NCBI RefSeq assembly: GCF_006345805.1
Contig: NC_043002.1
Coordinates: 50,282,001 to 50,346,000, forward strand
Length of the DNA: 64,000 nt
From: Octopus sinensis
Taxonomy: Eukaryota
Direction: 5' to 3'
The stretch's first letter is position 1, and the number at the start of each line of letters is the position of its first letter. Positions 24,612 to 39,710 of this stretch are shown in pieces. The notes under the pieces were generated by a model. The model was given only the letters and a program-made list of their open reading frames with translations, did not search any database and was not told the DNA's origin. A program made the position numbers and the translations under genes.

Positions 24612-25058
24612 AGTGAGAAAGCAGTGCATGTCATCAAAGTAACAAGGAGTAAAATATACGAAGCCCACTATCCATCTGATAAGAGTACATCAGGCACATG
24701 CATCACAACTATATGTGCGTGACAAGGTGATATACCAAGATAAACAGCGCATGACCGTGCAAGTAGGTCCCAGTTAGAATTTTCTTCAGGTTAAGTAGCC
24801 CATCCTGCTCAAAAAGTCCCTGAATAAGGGTTGTTTAAGGATGATGAGCAAAACACCCATGTTTTCAGAGGTGAATTATCCAAACCCCAAAGAATTCTTC
24901 TCAACATATGGGGCTATGATGCTCCCCCACTACTACTGCTCGTGATCAGAGATGCACATATCGTCAGCCACTAAGGGACATGCTCAACTGGTTGAGATCA
25001 AGCAAATCTGTGGTATTGAGCAGATTATTTGCTGTAGCCTATCTTTTATACCAAGATA
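24612..25058. mobile_element. Interspersed repeat family E (unclassified retroposon-like)
   Basis: aaaccccaaagaat...gatcagagatgcacatatcgtcagccactaagggacatgctcaactgg...caaatctgtggtattgagcag recurs at ~18395-18560 and ~40105-40310. Confidence 0.7.
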
Positions 25059-25769
25059 GTGAAATAAGCATCAGAAATGTTTTATTCCACGCAGAAACTG
25101 CTGGAGTTAGTCGGAGGTTTTGCAAGCTCCAAATCCATCGCCTTGTTGGAAACCCTTCTGGATCGTCAGCAGGCATCTCAGGGTCACAATCGTTTCGTCC
25201 ATTAGCCTGTACACTTCGCCTGAGTTAGACAGCGAGGACTGAATTTGTCCTTGCCTGCGGAAAGGTTCCACTTGTGGTCTCTTATCAATCATAGCCACCT
25301 TGAGCTACCGTGCTTTGGTGACTTTCTTCAGTTGTTCGCACTCCAGATCAATCTTGTGCAGGAAATAACACACCGACCAAGTCGGAAAGCACCGATAGCT
25401 GACATTAGTAGAGAACGAGGCCGCATACATCCCTTATCAAGGTTCTCATCGATCAAGTGCTGATATTTGTTGTTGTTTTTAGCTGGTGAGAGGTACTATA
25501 AGTACATCTTGTACGGATATTACAACGTTAATATGTTTAGAATATTACGTTTGTATATCTATACCTATATATATATATATATATATATCTGTCTACCAGT
25601 CTATACATATATAGGTTTAGTGTAGACTGTCCGCGGGGGAAAGAGTACTTGATACCATAATAGAGATTAATATTATTTTTATTTTGGTCGAGTCAGTCGC
25701 TACTCTGACTTTCACCTGGCGGTGCACAAGGTCTTCAGGTATACGCAAATGCATGGACACATACGTACA

Positions 25770-26150
25770 TATTCACACACGCGCGCACAAAGGATTCCAG
25801 CTCCCTGGAGGCAACTGGTGGCTTTCGGATATGAGTTTGACCTCGATTATTGTTTTTGTACTCATAGAGAGCAGGAACATGTCTGGTCTGAGTGCTGTTA
25901 CGGCCATCTCCTCTGCGAAGAAGAGTCTTCCCTTCAGGTCCACTTCCATCTCCCAATCTGAGGGTGGATGCAAAATCGTTATTGTTTCCTCTTCGCTCCC
26001 CCATGCTTACATGGATTGGACGAGATATTTCATGGTATTATTTTACAGCAGGATGTTCTTTCTGGCGTTAACCTTTGTAGTCACATCACACAACACCGGA
26101 ATATGACGAACCTATTCAAAGAGCCAGGATACATATGATTGTCTAACAAG
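25770..26150 (-). mobile_element. HERO/NeSL-like RLE LINE fragment
   Basis: DWEMEVDLKGRLFFAEEMAVTALRPDMFLLSMSTKTIIEVKL resembles the recalled DW...VDL...L.FP..I..T.LRPD.V..S...K..I..EL RLE motif. Confidence 0.6.
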
Positions 26151-26443
26151 AACGGAGTGATCATGGCAAGAATCACTTTGACCATAAATTTCTTCATTCA
26201 AGGTTGACCTGGAACAATGCTGGTAGAATCGTTAGAGCGTCAAATGAAATACTAGAAGGTATTTCTTCCAGCTCAAATCCTGCTGAGGTAAACTTTACTT
26301 TTCACCTCAAATAAAAACAAAGCAATAAAGTAAAGTACCATTCAAGTACTAAGGTCGATGATATCAACCAAAATTCAAAATTGCTAATCTTGTAATTACG
26401 TCAGAAATCATTAATTTAATTCATTAGCTGAATAAGCTGAACA

Positions 26444-26835
26444 CTGGCAGAAACGCTAGCACGCCGGGCGAAATGATTAGCGGTATTTCGTCTGCGTTAC
26501 GTTGTGAGTTCAAATTCCGCCGAGGTCGACTTTGCCTTTCATCCTTTCGGGTCGATAAATTAAGTACCAGTTACGCATTGGGGTCGATGTAATCGACTTA
26601 ATACCTATGTCTGTCCTTGTTTGTCCCCTCTGTGTTTAGCCCCTTGTGGGTAATAAAGAAATAGGTATTTCGTCTGTCGCTACGTTCTGAGTTCAAATTC
26701 CGCCAAGGTCAACTTTGACATTCATCTGTTCGGGGTCGATAAATAAGTACCAGTTGCGTATTGCGTACTGGGGTCGATATAATCGACTGGTCCCCTCCCC
26801 CAAAATTTCGTGCTTTGTGCCTAGAATAGGAAAGA
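26444..26835 (+). mobile_element. Young dimeric SINE family B
   Basis: Body ggtatttcgtctg..ttctgagttcaaattccgcc repeated after aataaagaaata; same architecture at 60070-60440 (-). Confidence 0.85.
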
Positions 26836-26964
26836 ATTAGCTGAATTGTTAAAATGCCTTGCCAACTGTCGTTATTTAATTGTATTTACATATATTCTCA
26901 GTTGAAACATCTATCTGGATTGATTTGGACTTTTATTCCTCTGCTATCAATGAAGGAAGTCCAA

Positions 26965-27790
26965 GCATTATACAAATTGTCTATACTCTAAAATAAGACA
27001 CTGCGCTATGCAAGTTATATGTACTCATATATTACCCACTGTTATACAAGCCTGTGTGGAGGCGCAATGGCCCAGTGGTTAGGGCAGCGGACTCGCGGTC
27101 ATAGGATCGCGGTTTCGATTCCCAGACCGGGCGTTAGGAGTGTTTATTGAGCGAAAACACCTAAAGCTCCACGAGGCTCCGGCAGGGGATGGTGGTGATC
27201 CCTGCTGTACTCTTTCACCACAACTTTCTCTCACTCTTACTTCCTGTTTCTGTTGTACATGTATTTCAAAGGGCCGGCTTTGTCACTCTCTGTGTCACGC
27301 TGAATATCCCCGAGAACTACGTTAAGGGTACACATGTCTGTGGAGTGCTCAGCCACTTACACGTTAATTTCACGAGCAGGCTGTTCTGTTGATTCGGATC
27401 AACCGGAACCCTCGTCGTCGTAACCGACGGAGTGCTTCCATCCATCCACAAGCCTGTACTCTTATATACGACTGCATTATACAAGCTGTCTGTACTCTTG
27501 AAAAAGTAATACATAAGGTGTCTGTACTTTTGTATAAGACCCACCATCATACACGTTGTCTGTACTCTTATATAAAGCCTATTATTACGCAATTTGTTGT
27601 ACAGTTATATAAGACCCAACGATATACTTGTGTTTAATCTTATATGACTGCACTTTACAAGTTGTCTGTACTTGTTCATGACTGGATTTAATAAAAAAAA
27701 TTGTCTTTACTGTTGTATACGACCAGCATCATACCAGTCAGTACTCTTACGTTGTCTGTACTCTGATAATGTCCCATCATTATAAAAGTG
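26965..27790. repeat. Degenerate ~35-bp minisatellite interrupted by a SINE
   Basis: Recurring ttgtctgtactctt...atacaag units on both sides of the SINE at 27056-27447. Confidence 0.7.
27056..27447 (+). mobile_element. tRNA(Arg)-like-headed SINE, family C, with 10-bp TSD
   Basis: gtggaggcgcaatggcccagtggttagggcagcggactcgcggtc..ggtttcgattcc head; TSD acaagcctgt at 27046-27055 and 27448-27457. Confidence 0.9.
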
Positions 27791-28088
27791 TCTTTCTTTT
27801 GTGTAACAAGGAAATAGCGGAATCGAAGGAAGCTATTACGGCAAATAATAAATACAAAAACTGGAATAAATTAGTTGCTCATGAGAGAGAGACAGAAGAA
27901 TTTTAATGTTTCAGACAAACTTTTCATTAGAGACATTTTTCGCAGAGAGTAAGGTTCTTATCCCTCGTAGCAAATTTACATGTATGTAATAAGGATCAAG
28001 CTAGTTGCATATACCGAAACAACGAACACTTGATATAATGAATAGAGAGTTCACTTATTGTTCTAGAACTCATCAAGCCATATTACTG

Positions 28089-28179
28089 TTAATGTTAGCA
28101 AAGCACTGAACCACTTTTAGCGTTTTGAAACTAAGCGTTTCAAAACGCTAAAAGTGGTTCAGTGTTTTGCTAACATTAA
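28089..28179. repeat. Near-perfect inverted repeat (43-bp arms, 5-nt loop)
   Basis: ttaatgttagcaaagcactgaaccacttttagcgttttgaaac-taagc-gtttcaaaacgctaaaagtggttcagtgttttgctaacattaa; one mismatch. Confidence 0.95.
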
Positions 28180-28188
28180 TATATATAT

Positions 28189-28500
28189 GTGGAGGCGCAA
28201 TGGTCCAGTGGTTAGGGCAGCGGACTCGCGGTTGTAGGATCGAAGTTTCGTTTCCCTGACCGGGCGTTGTGAGTGTTTATTGAGTGAAAACACCTAAAGC
28301 TCCACGATGCTCCGGCGGGGAGTGGTGGTGATCCCTGCTGTACTCTTTCGCCACAACATTCTCTCACTCTTTCTTCTGTTGGCCTGCTCGCTTAGCCAGC
28401 GGGGTGCGTCATTTGAAGGCTAAAACAATGCGAAGCGCATTGTGACCAGCGATGTGTAGCAACATTTGATAGCCTCTTCGGTCACGGTGATCACGGTGAT
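28189..28500 (+). mobile_element. SINE family C with alternative 3' half
   Basis: Same head as 27056; diverges after ctctcactct; ends cggtcacggtgatcacggtga. Confidence 0.82.
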
Positions 28501-29399
28501 ATATATATATATATATATATATAATTATAACAAGGGATCGGAAACGAAAATAGACGCCAAATGACGCTCAAAACCACCTTAAAAACTCCAAAAAGAACAG
28601 GTTGTAGACGGGCAAAAGAAAATGCCAAGTGATCCAGGGCGAAAAAATCCACAGAAGAGGACCATCAAAGAAGACAAGGAAAGTGATGGTAAGAGCTGAT
28701 CTCAGAAGGAATTAGTTTCACGAAGTTGCTAACAACGGATCATAAGTCAAGGATCTTTTCGGTTTGACACAGCAATATGTTTTGAAAATTTCTACACAGA
28801 TGTAAAATTGTTGTTGCTGTAAAACTTCAGGCCAGACCGCGTCTAGCAGTGACTTGAAGGATGTTTCTCTGAAATTTCTAGCAAGTCGATCGAACACCTT
28901 TCGTTTTTAAGAGATTTAGCTGCTATTTCTAATACCTGTAACCACCATGTAAAAGTCTCCCTCCTCGGATCTTATGTACATATATACTTAAGACAGAAGA
29001 CTGTGGTGTGAGGATTAGGCTTTTTAGTATCAATACGCTGCTACGAATTCATAGCAGGCCTCACTTTCGGCATGTCGAGATTGGCAGCATTGGACTAGTT
29101 GAAAATGCCATAAAAAAAAGAGCGATCGATCTTTCAAGATCTGTGACTCTTTTGTAATTAGGATTTTCGTAATTAGCTGGAAAAAACATTTGTGTATAAA
29201 TAAAATCGCATGTGGCAACGTTGAAAAAAAAATATTCGAGTAAAGTTATATTTAAGACATTGAGTACACTCGGACTTGAGGTCTTTCGCTGCAGAAACAG
29301 TCTCCGAAGCAAATTTTACTCGCAGATGACTTGTGCTGTGGATGACGTCATTGTATCGTAGGATGCATGAATATCTGCATTCTTTTGCGTCGTCAGCTT

Positions 29400-29610
29400 C
29401 TGGAGCACTCCGTCGGTTACGACGACGAGGGTCCCAGCTGATACGATCAACGGAACAGCCTGCTCGTGAAATTAAAGTGCAAGTGGCTGAGCACTCCACA
29501 GACACGTGTACCCTTAACGTAGTTCTCAGGGAGATTCAGCATGACACATAGTGTGACAAGGCCGGCCCTTTGAAATACAGGTACAACTCATTTTTGCCAG
29601 CTACAAACAT
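29400..29610 (-). mobile_element. SINE family C 3' fragment
   Basis: Reverse complement of ~27260-27437 (ggagcactccgtcggttacgacgacgagggt...tttgaaatacaggtacaac). Confidence 0.8.
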
Positions 29611-30225
29611 TAACACAGCCTTTCACAGCCCAATAAGAACAATTTATCCTTATTACAATAGCTATGGCACGTTTTCCGATCCTCGTACAGCTTGGACAAC
29701 TTGCGCGAAGCAGCGTTGAATAAAATTCATTTGTGCGACTCATTTAATTCTAGCTTGACCAAGCTTTACGTACATCAGCAAATGTACCGTTTGCTGATTT
29801 ATTCAAAGCTATATTTGCAGCGATTGGTCTTCTCACATACGAGTGTTCTTGAATTTAATGAATATATTTAATAATTAAAAAAAAAATTCCATCTGTGTAC
29901 AAATTTTCAAAACATTCTTTCTTGTGTGTCAAACGAAAAGATGTCAAGGTATCGTTGAGAAAGCAGCCGTCACATTTGGCGCAATGTACAGGGCGAGTGG
30001 TGCAGCAAGAGCAAGCTCTGAGTATGGTAGAAACATTTGGCCTAGAGTCGCAACATCTGACACAAAAAATCTCACACTGCTGTGAGGGAATTTTATCGCT
30101 TACATCGGCGTGTGGCCCTGGACGCCGAAACGCCGACAGAATTACTTCACCCACCTGATGAACCATTCGGAGATGGTATACAGCAACACTCCCAGCAGAC
30201 AAGTGTTTACCTCAAACATAGGTCA

Positions 30226-31525
30226 TACACGAGGTGGTATCAAAAAGTGTCCGCACTAGTTCTGTAGCGCGCCAACAGATGTCAGCACACGGTTGCGTGC
30301 GCAGTGAGAGCTAGTAGCGACCTTCACGAAGCAGTGTGCAGAGTGACATCACTAATTCGCAAGGTGTGAAATTTGTGTTTTTGTTATTACCTGTATGCTG
30401 TAGTCTACGATTTTTGTCATGGACAGGAAGCTGGAACAAAGAGCCAACGTGAAATTTTGTGTTAAACTTGGAAAGTCTGCTACAGAGATATTGAGCATGC
30501 TTCGGCAAGCTTAGGGCGACGAGGCACTGGGTTGTACGCAATGTTTCGACTGGCACGGGCGCATGACAGAGCTGCAACTCAATCAAGTACATTCTCATCG
30601 ATTTTGTTTTCGACATCCGCGGTATTGTGCATCAAGAATTCGTCCCTCGGAGCCAAACCGTCAATTGAGAATTCTACAGCGACGTTTTGAAGCGTTTGAG
30701 GGAAGACATTCGGTGAAAGCGACCGGATCTGTGGAGTGCGAAGAATTGAATTATTCACGATGACAATACACCCTATCACAGAGCTCTCCTCATTAGTGAG
30801 TTTCTCGCCAAAAACGACATGGTATCGCTTCCGCACCGCACCCACCCTATTCGCCATCTCTTCCCCAAGATGAAAATGCAGCTAGCTCAAAGGTCGCCGT
30901 TTTAACACTGTCACCGAGATCAAGAGCGAATCGCAGAGGGTCCTCGATTCCCTTACGGAAAACGTCTTCCAGGCCGGATTCCAAAAGTAGCAGGAGCACT
31001 GGGTCCAGTGTATTGCTGCGCAAGGTAACTATTTCGAAGGAGATAAATAATTTTTTAAAAATTAAACATAACATAGGCGCAGGAGTGGCTGTGTGGTAAG
31101 TAACTTGCTTACCAACCACATAGTTACGGGTTCAGTCCCACTGCGTGGCATCTTGGGCAAGTGTCTTCTGCTATAGCCTCGGGCCGACCAAAGTCTTGTG
31201 AGTGGATTTGGTAGACGGAAACTAAAAGAAGCCTGTCGTATATATGTATAATATATATATATATGTATGTGTGTGTATATGTTTGTGTGTCTGTGTTTGT
31301 CCCCCCAACATCGCTTGACAACCGATGCTGGTGTGTTTACGTCCCCGTCACTTAGCGGTTCGGCAAAAGACACCGATAGAATAAGTGCTGGGCTTACAAA
31401 GAATAAGTCCCGGGGTCGATTTGCTCGACTAAAGGCGGTGCTCCAGCATGGCCGCAGTCAAATGACTGAAACAAGTAAAAGGAGAAAGAGAAACTAATCC
31501 GGGAACCTTGTATGCTAATAACGTA
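30226..31525 (+). mobile_element. Defective mariner (internally deleted, stops) interrupted by a SINE
   Basis: 5' TIR cacgaggtggtatcaaaaagtgtccgcactagtt; MDRKLEQRANVKFCVKLGKSATE; GIVHQEFVP, IHDDNTPYH, HPPYSP, QGNYFEGDK*; degenerate 3' TIR aactaatccgggaacc...acgta at 31492-31525. Confidence 0.85.
31076..31490 (+). mobile_element. Young SINE family A
   Basis: ggcgcaggagtggctgtgtggtaagtaacttgcttaccaacc...ctccagcatggccgcagtcaaatgactgaaacaagtaaaa. Confidence 0.92.
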
Positions 31526-32218
31526 AAGAATCATACTTGTAACGCGGTATTTTAGTTATTTAGGGTTGATCTTTATTTTGTTTAACTCACTGAAAATAAA
31601 TCTATTGAAATATATTCAATTTTAAACAAATTTTCCAAATTTTTAATTAGTTGTTCTTTAGAGACAGAAAGAGGAAAAAAATTTTCACCTCTGTAATAAT
31701 TACCTTTGCTTTGGCCAAGTGGTTACGGTGAAGTACTGATGATCACTAGATCATTGGTTCGGTTCGCGGAGCGGTTTGTACGGTGAGTACTTGAACGAAA
31801 CACTTCATCTCACGTTCCTCTGTAGATTCGACATCTGACGTGTAGCACAACGTGCATCTGTACATACAATATTAAATCATGTATGTATGCTTGAGTGTGT
31901 GTATATATATATATATATATATCATATATATATATATATCATGTGTATATATGATTGATTGATTGATTGATTCCAGTTTCAGCTCATGAGCTGTGGCCAT
32001 GCTGGGGCACCGCCATTTATGTATATATCATGTATATGTATAAGCAGCAGAAAATTCTAGCAAAAACTGTCCGACGAACGGAAACGTGAAACTCAGAGTA
32101 ACAAGTTTTGTTGAATTTTCTGCTGCTTTAAATAAAGCATATTACTCTACCACTGGTATTTGAGTGCTCTTTTTTCTACCTTGTTTCACATTTATGTGTT
32201 TACTCCGGTATATATATA

Positions 32219-35050
<2,832 letters not shown>

Positions 35051-35188
35051 TATATGTATATATATATGTGTGTGTGTGTGTTATATGTATATATGTGTGT
35101 GTGTGTTATATGTATATATATATGTGTGTGTGTGTGTTATATGTATATATATATATATATGTTATGTATATATTTATGTATGTGTATG

Positions 35189-35219
<31 letters not shown>

Positions 35220-35260
35220 GTATATGTATATATATGTATATATATATTTATATGTATATT

Positions 35261-36515
35261 ACTGTTTATATGTTTGTACTGTCGTTACCGTCTTGCTTTT
35301 TTTTTTTACCCCTCTGCGAAAAGATCTCAGAATTTTAATTGATTTGCTTTTCGCGGGAAGGAAGTTTTCTTCGAAGTATACGTCTCGCTTTTATCCTTCG
35401 AAACGTTTAGTAGATGAAACCTTAGCGACTGAAGAAGGGGATTTTTCGTTGTGCTTATTGTCCTGTATCTCTCTCTTTTTTTTGCTTGTCTTGTTCCTTG
35501 GTTTGTGTCTATGTGTTTCGTCTCTCTATGTGTTCGACGTCTTTTTGGTGTCCTGTACACATATATGCGTGTATATGTACATGTAGAGGTAGGTACGTAC
35601 ATATATGTTTATATATATGCATATGTTCTATTTTATTAACATATTATACGACTAAACGCACGCACCCTATTAAGTAAGATTGTTCTGTTTATCAAGTTAG
35701 CCTTGATATTAACTCTCACGCGACTCTGCATCTTTCTTTCTTTCTCTCCCATTCCCTTTTTCGTCTTTTTTTCCCTCACTTAACTTGTCTCTTCCTCTCT
35801 CTCTCATTCTTCATTCTCTCTCCCTTTCACCATTCTTCATGGTCTCCTCGCACCATTCCCCTTCTTCTCTCTCTTCCTCTTGCTCCTCCTCCCCCATTCC
35901 CGTCGTCCATCTGCGACGATACTTCCGTCGTAACTGCTATCCTGTCTTTTCTCACCCGCCTTGTAAGGCTACTGGTCGACACATTTTCCCTCTCTCGTCG
36001 TCCACGATAATCCAGCGTTTGCAATACTTTTTTCGTCTGGCGTTAACAGCCCTTCTTATCTTGTTCTCCTTGTCCTGTCTCTCACTGTTATATATTTATT
36101 TTTCCACTGTTTATATATATATTTTTTACTGTTTATATGTTTGTACTGTCGTTACCGTCTTGCTTTTTTTTTTTTTTTTTTACCCCTCTGCGAAAAGATC
36201 TCAGAATTTTAATTGATTTGCTTTTCGCGGGAAGGAATTTTCTTCGAAGTATACGTCTCGCTTTTATCCTTCGAAACGTTTAGTAGATGAAACCTTAGCG
36301 ACTGAAGAAGGGGATTTTTCGTTGTGCTTATTGTCCTGTATCTCTCTCTTTTTTTTGCTTGTCTTGTTCCTTGGTTTGTGTCTATGTGTTTCGTCTCTCT
36401 ATGTGTTCGACGTCTTTTTGGTGTCCTGTACACATATATGCGTGTATATGTACATGTAGAGGTAGGTACGTACATATATGTTTATATATATGCATATGTT
36501 CTATTTTATTAACAT
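35261..36515. repeat. Direct repeat of ~385 bp (35261-35645 and 36128-36515) with a unique spacer
   Basis: actgtttatatgtttgtactgtcgttaccgtcttgc starts both copies, 867 bp apart. Confidence 0.9.
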
Positions 36516-36517
36516 AT

Positions 36518-36598
<81 letters not shown>

Positions 36599-36869
36599 CG
36601 CGTGTGTATGTATGTATGTTTAAAACTGAGAAATTCGATGTGGCGTATTTATTACCAGGAGCTGTGGATTTTCCTTTTATGTATTACTTTTTTTAAAGTA
36701 TTTTTTTTGTTTTAATGTTTTTTTATTTACATTTAGCTTAAGAATTGCAACTGCTGTAAGTATTTTACCTGAAGACCGTTTCCATCAGGAAACCTCAGTA
36801 ATAAATATGTCGCTTTGAATTTGTCAATATACATACATATATATTAACACACACACGCAGGCACGCACA

Positions 36870-36907
<38 letters not shown>

Positions 36908-37054
36908 ACGCACACACACACATACACATACACACACATACACACGCACACACACACGCACACACATATGTCTTTACATACACACACCTACATATATACA
37001 TATAGATGTTTACATATCTTTACATATTTTTAAATACACACACGCACGCACGCA

Positions 37055-37085
<31 letters not shown>

Positions 37086-37269
37086 CAAACACGTACAACG
37101 TAAACCAGTAATAACCGTGCTTGTTATCAAGTGGTTATTGTTATCAAAATCCGTTAGTCCCGAATTTTATTTAATGTAAAATATTGATTTTTTTATTTTT
37201 TTTTCTCATCTTAGAATCATAACTCTGGATATTATTAAGATGTTGAAGTAAGCAATATCAGAACTAATA

Positions 37270-37495
37270 TTTGGTTTCAAATTTTTGACACAAGGTCAGC
37301 AATTTCGGAGGAGGGAGAAGTCGATTACATTGCCCCCCCCCCCCAGTGCTCAGCTGGAACGCATTTCATCGACCCCCGAAGCGATAAAAGGAAAAGTCGA
37401 CCTTGGCGAAATTTGAACTCAGAACGTAGAGACGGATGAAATGCCACAATGTATTTTGTTCAGCGTGCTAACTACTCTGCCAGCGTACCACCTTT
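37270..37495 (-). mobile_element. SINE family B
   Basis: atcgacccccgaa...aaagtcgaccttggcgaaatttgaactcagaacg...ctgccagc. Confidence 0.82.
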
Positions 37496-37562
37496 TCGCT
37501 ACTACTACTACACTACTACTACTACTACCACCAACACCACCACCACCACCACCACCACCACC

Positions 37563-37655
<93 letters not shown>

Positions 37656-38299
37656 TTCATTCTGCTATAGGCTCAAGGCAAGGAATCTGGGGATGGGGTG
37701 TAAGTCAGTTACGTCAAAACCCGCCTGTATTTACAGATAATTTTTTTCCAGCCCCCTTTATAAATTGACAATTCTTTTGATAAATATTTCTCTTCTTGAT
37801 GGCTGTAACGACGACAATATACAAACAGTTAACCTTGATCTTCCTGTTTGCGTGACTTAGTTATATCGCAGGAAGATCGATCTCATGCCTCATTCTCATT
37901 TTTACTACTTCCATAATTTGGTGAATTAGTGTCCAGTGTAATGTAAACTCCAAGTAAGTCAGTCATGCATATAGATGCATTCTTCTTTGGTTAAAACTAG
38001 GCTGAGAGAGACAATGCGGATAATAGTTTCTTCTCAATGTCCACATGCCCTATCGCCGTTATCTTTTGTATCCTCTTCATTAGATACGTTTTAGTAATTG
38101 CTAGTGAGAATATTTTGATGTTATATTGTTTGTTTTCAGTCTCAACTTTGAGTGAGGCGCAGTTGCAATTTTTTTCATGTGTCTGTAGAATATTTTCTTG
38201 CCATTAATTTAGCATGGAATTCTGTAGTTTACATTTTAGGATTTTCACAATTTCTCTTGTTTCTCTTTTGTCATTCCAACCACTGTCACATATTATCTG

Positions 38300-38960
38300 G
38301 CTTCCTTGAAGAATTATATCAGTTTCTTTTTTAATTGTTTTGTTCGTGTTTTGTAACTATTTGCATTTGTCTTCCATTATTCTTTACTAAATACTTTCAT
38401 TGCGGCACAATGGATATTTTATAATAGATTTCTAGTTGTATTAGCCCCGTGATTCTTGTATTCATGGCAAACATAATCTTTCTTTGTCAAATTTTGGGTG
38501 CTGTATAACAAATGCAGTCCATTATTTTTCTTGTTTTACCGCCTAGTTTTGCTAATTCATGTAGCGTTTAGTTGAGAATATTATAACTATAATTTATTAC
38601 TGGCACAGCTGGAGTATTGATGCCTATTATCTTATATTTTTATTAAGCTGTTTTAAGTATTGAACAAATTTTTCTATAACATTCTTTCTAACTTTTCTGT
38701 CATTTGTGAATGTTGTACACCGTGTAGTTAATTTATTCCTAAACATTTGTGTATCTATATTTGATTTAATATTCCTATCTCTGTTTCTTTATCTAACATG
38801 ACGTTAGTGTTCTTAATTAAATTTCTCTTCAAGCTTGCTTTGGCGCATTTTTCTAATTCGAATCTCATATGGATTGCAATAATAAATCCGTGCACTGTAT
38901 GTAGCAATGTTTCTGATTCCTCACCATCTGCAATATGCAAACTAAGGGCTGCTTACATAT
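38300..38960 (-). mobile_element. Decayed R4/Dong-type RT fragment
   Basis: ESETLLHTVHGFIIAIHMRFELEKCAKASLKRNLIKNTNVMLDKETEIG. Confidence 0.65.
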
Positions 38961-39007
38961 ATTAGTTGTTCTCTCTAGTATTTATTCGAATCTAGCCTAG
39001 TTTAACT

Positions 39008-39710
39008 AAAGGTTGTTGTTATTGCTGCTGCCTCATAACCAAGGACTGACATGCTTGGTCTGGATTGAGCCAAAACAATCCAGTCGTGACTATCCTGTTT
39101 TATTTTCAGGCATAAAAGTTTTTGCATCATATCATCTAATGTTCAGTTTTAAGATAGTTGAGTCTAATTTGCTAGACGTCTAGCTACTATTTCTAGCAGG
39201 TAGAGAAGTTACGATCAGAAAGGAATAGAAAAAAATAAAGGTTGTTGTTATTGCTGCTGCCTCTTAACCAAGGACTGACATGCTTGGTCTGGATTGAGCC
39301 AAAACAATCCAGTCGTGACGATCCTGTTTTATTTTCAGGCATAAAAGTTTTTGCATCATATCATCTAATGTTCAGTTTTAAGATAGTTGAGTCTAATTTG
39401 CTAGACGTCTAGCTACTATTTCTAGCAGGTAGAGAAGTTACGGTCAGAAAGGAATAGAAAAAAAAAGGTTGTTGTTATTGCTGCTGCCTCTTAACCAAGG
39501 ACTGACATGCTTGGTCTGGATTGAGCCAAAACAATCAGTCGTGACTATCCTGTTTTATTTTAGGCATAAAAGCTTTTGCATCATATCATCTAATGTTCAG
39601 TTTTAAGATAGTTGAGTCTAATTTGCTAGACGTCTAGCTACTATTTCTAGCAGGTAGAGAAGTTACATAGAAATACACTCCAGGTCAGAAAGGAATAGAA
39701 AAAAAATAAT
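39008..39710. repeat. Tandem triplication of a ~228-bp unit
   Basis: ggttgttgttattgctgctgcctc at 39011, 39240 and 39467. Confidence 0.95.

Noticed and set aside
27056-27130. tRNA-Arg-like gene (also heads at 28189, 45650-45722, 31076)
   Set aside because: These are SINE heads continuing into SINE bodies with TSDs or tails; no proper acceptor stem or terminator.
26965-27790. CRISPR-like repeat-spacer array
   Set aside because: Animal context, no cas genes, and the units are degenerate along their whole length, so it is a minisatellite.
29855-30267. Overlapping short ORFs upstream of the mariner
   Set aside because: No recognisable domain; possibly a decayed LINE piece but I cannot support a call.
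32042-32127. 16-bp inverted repeat enclosing ccgacga..gaaacgtg
   Set aside because: Probably an inversion junction of a pLTR-like fragment; core is mutated, stem II is missing and position 17 is G.
35370-35440. Hammerhead at cttcGAAAcgTT / ctgaaga
   Set aside because: The CTGAAGA lies downstream of the GAAA with no compatible stems; no valid topology.
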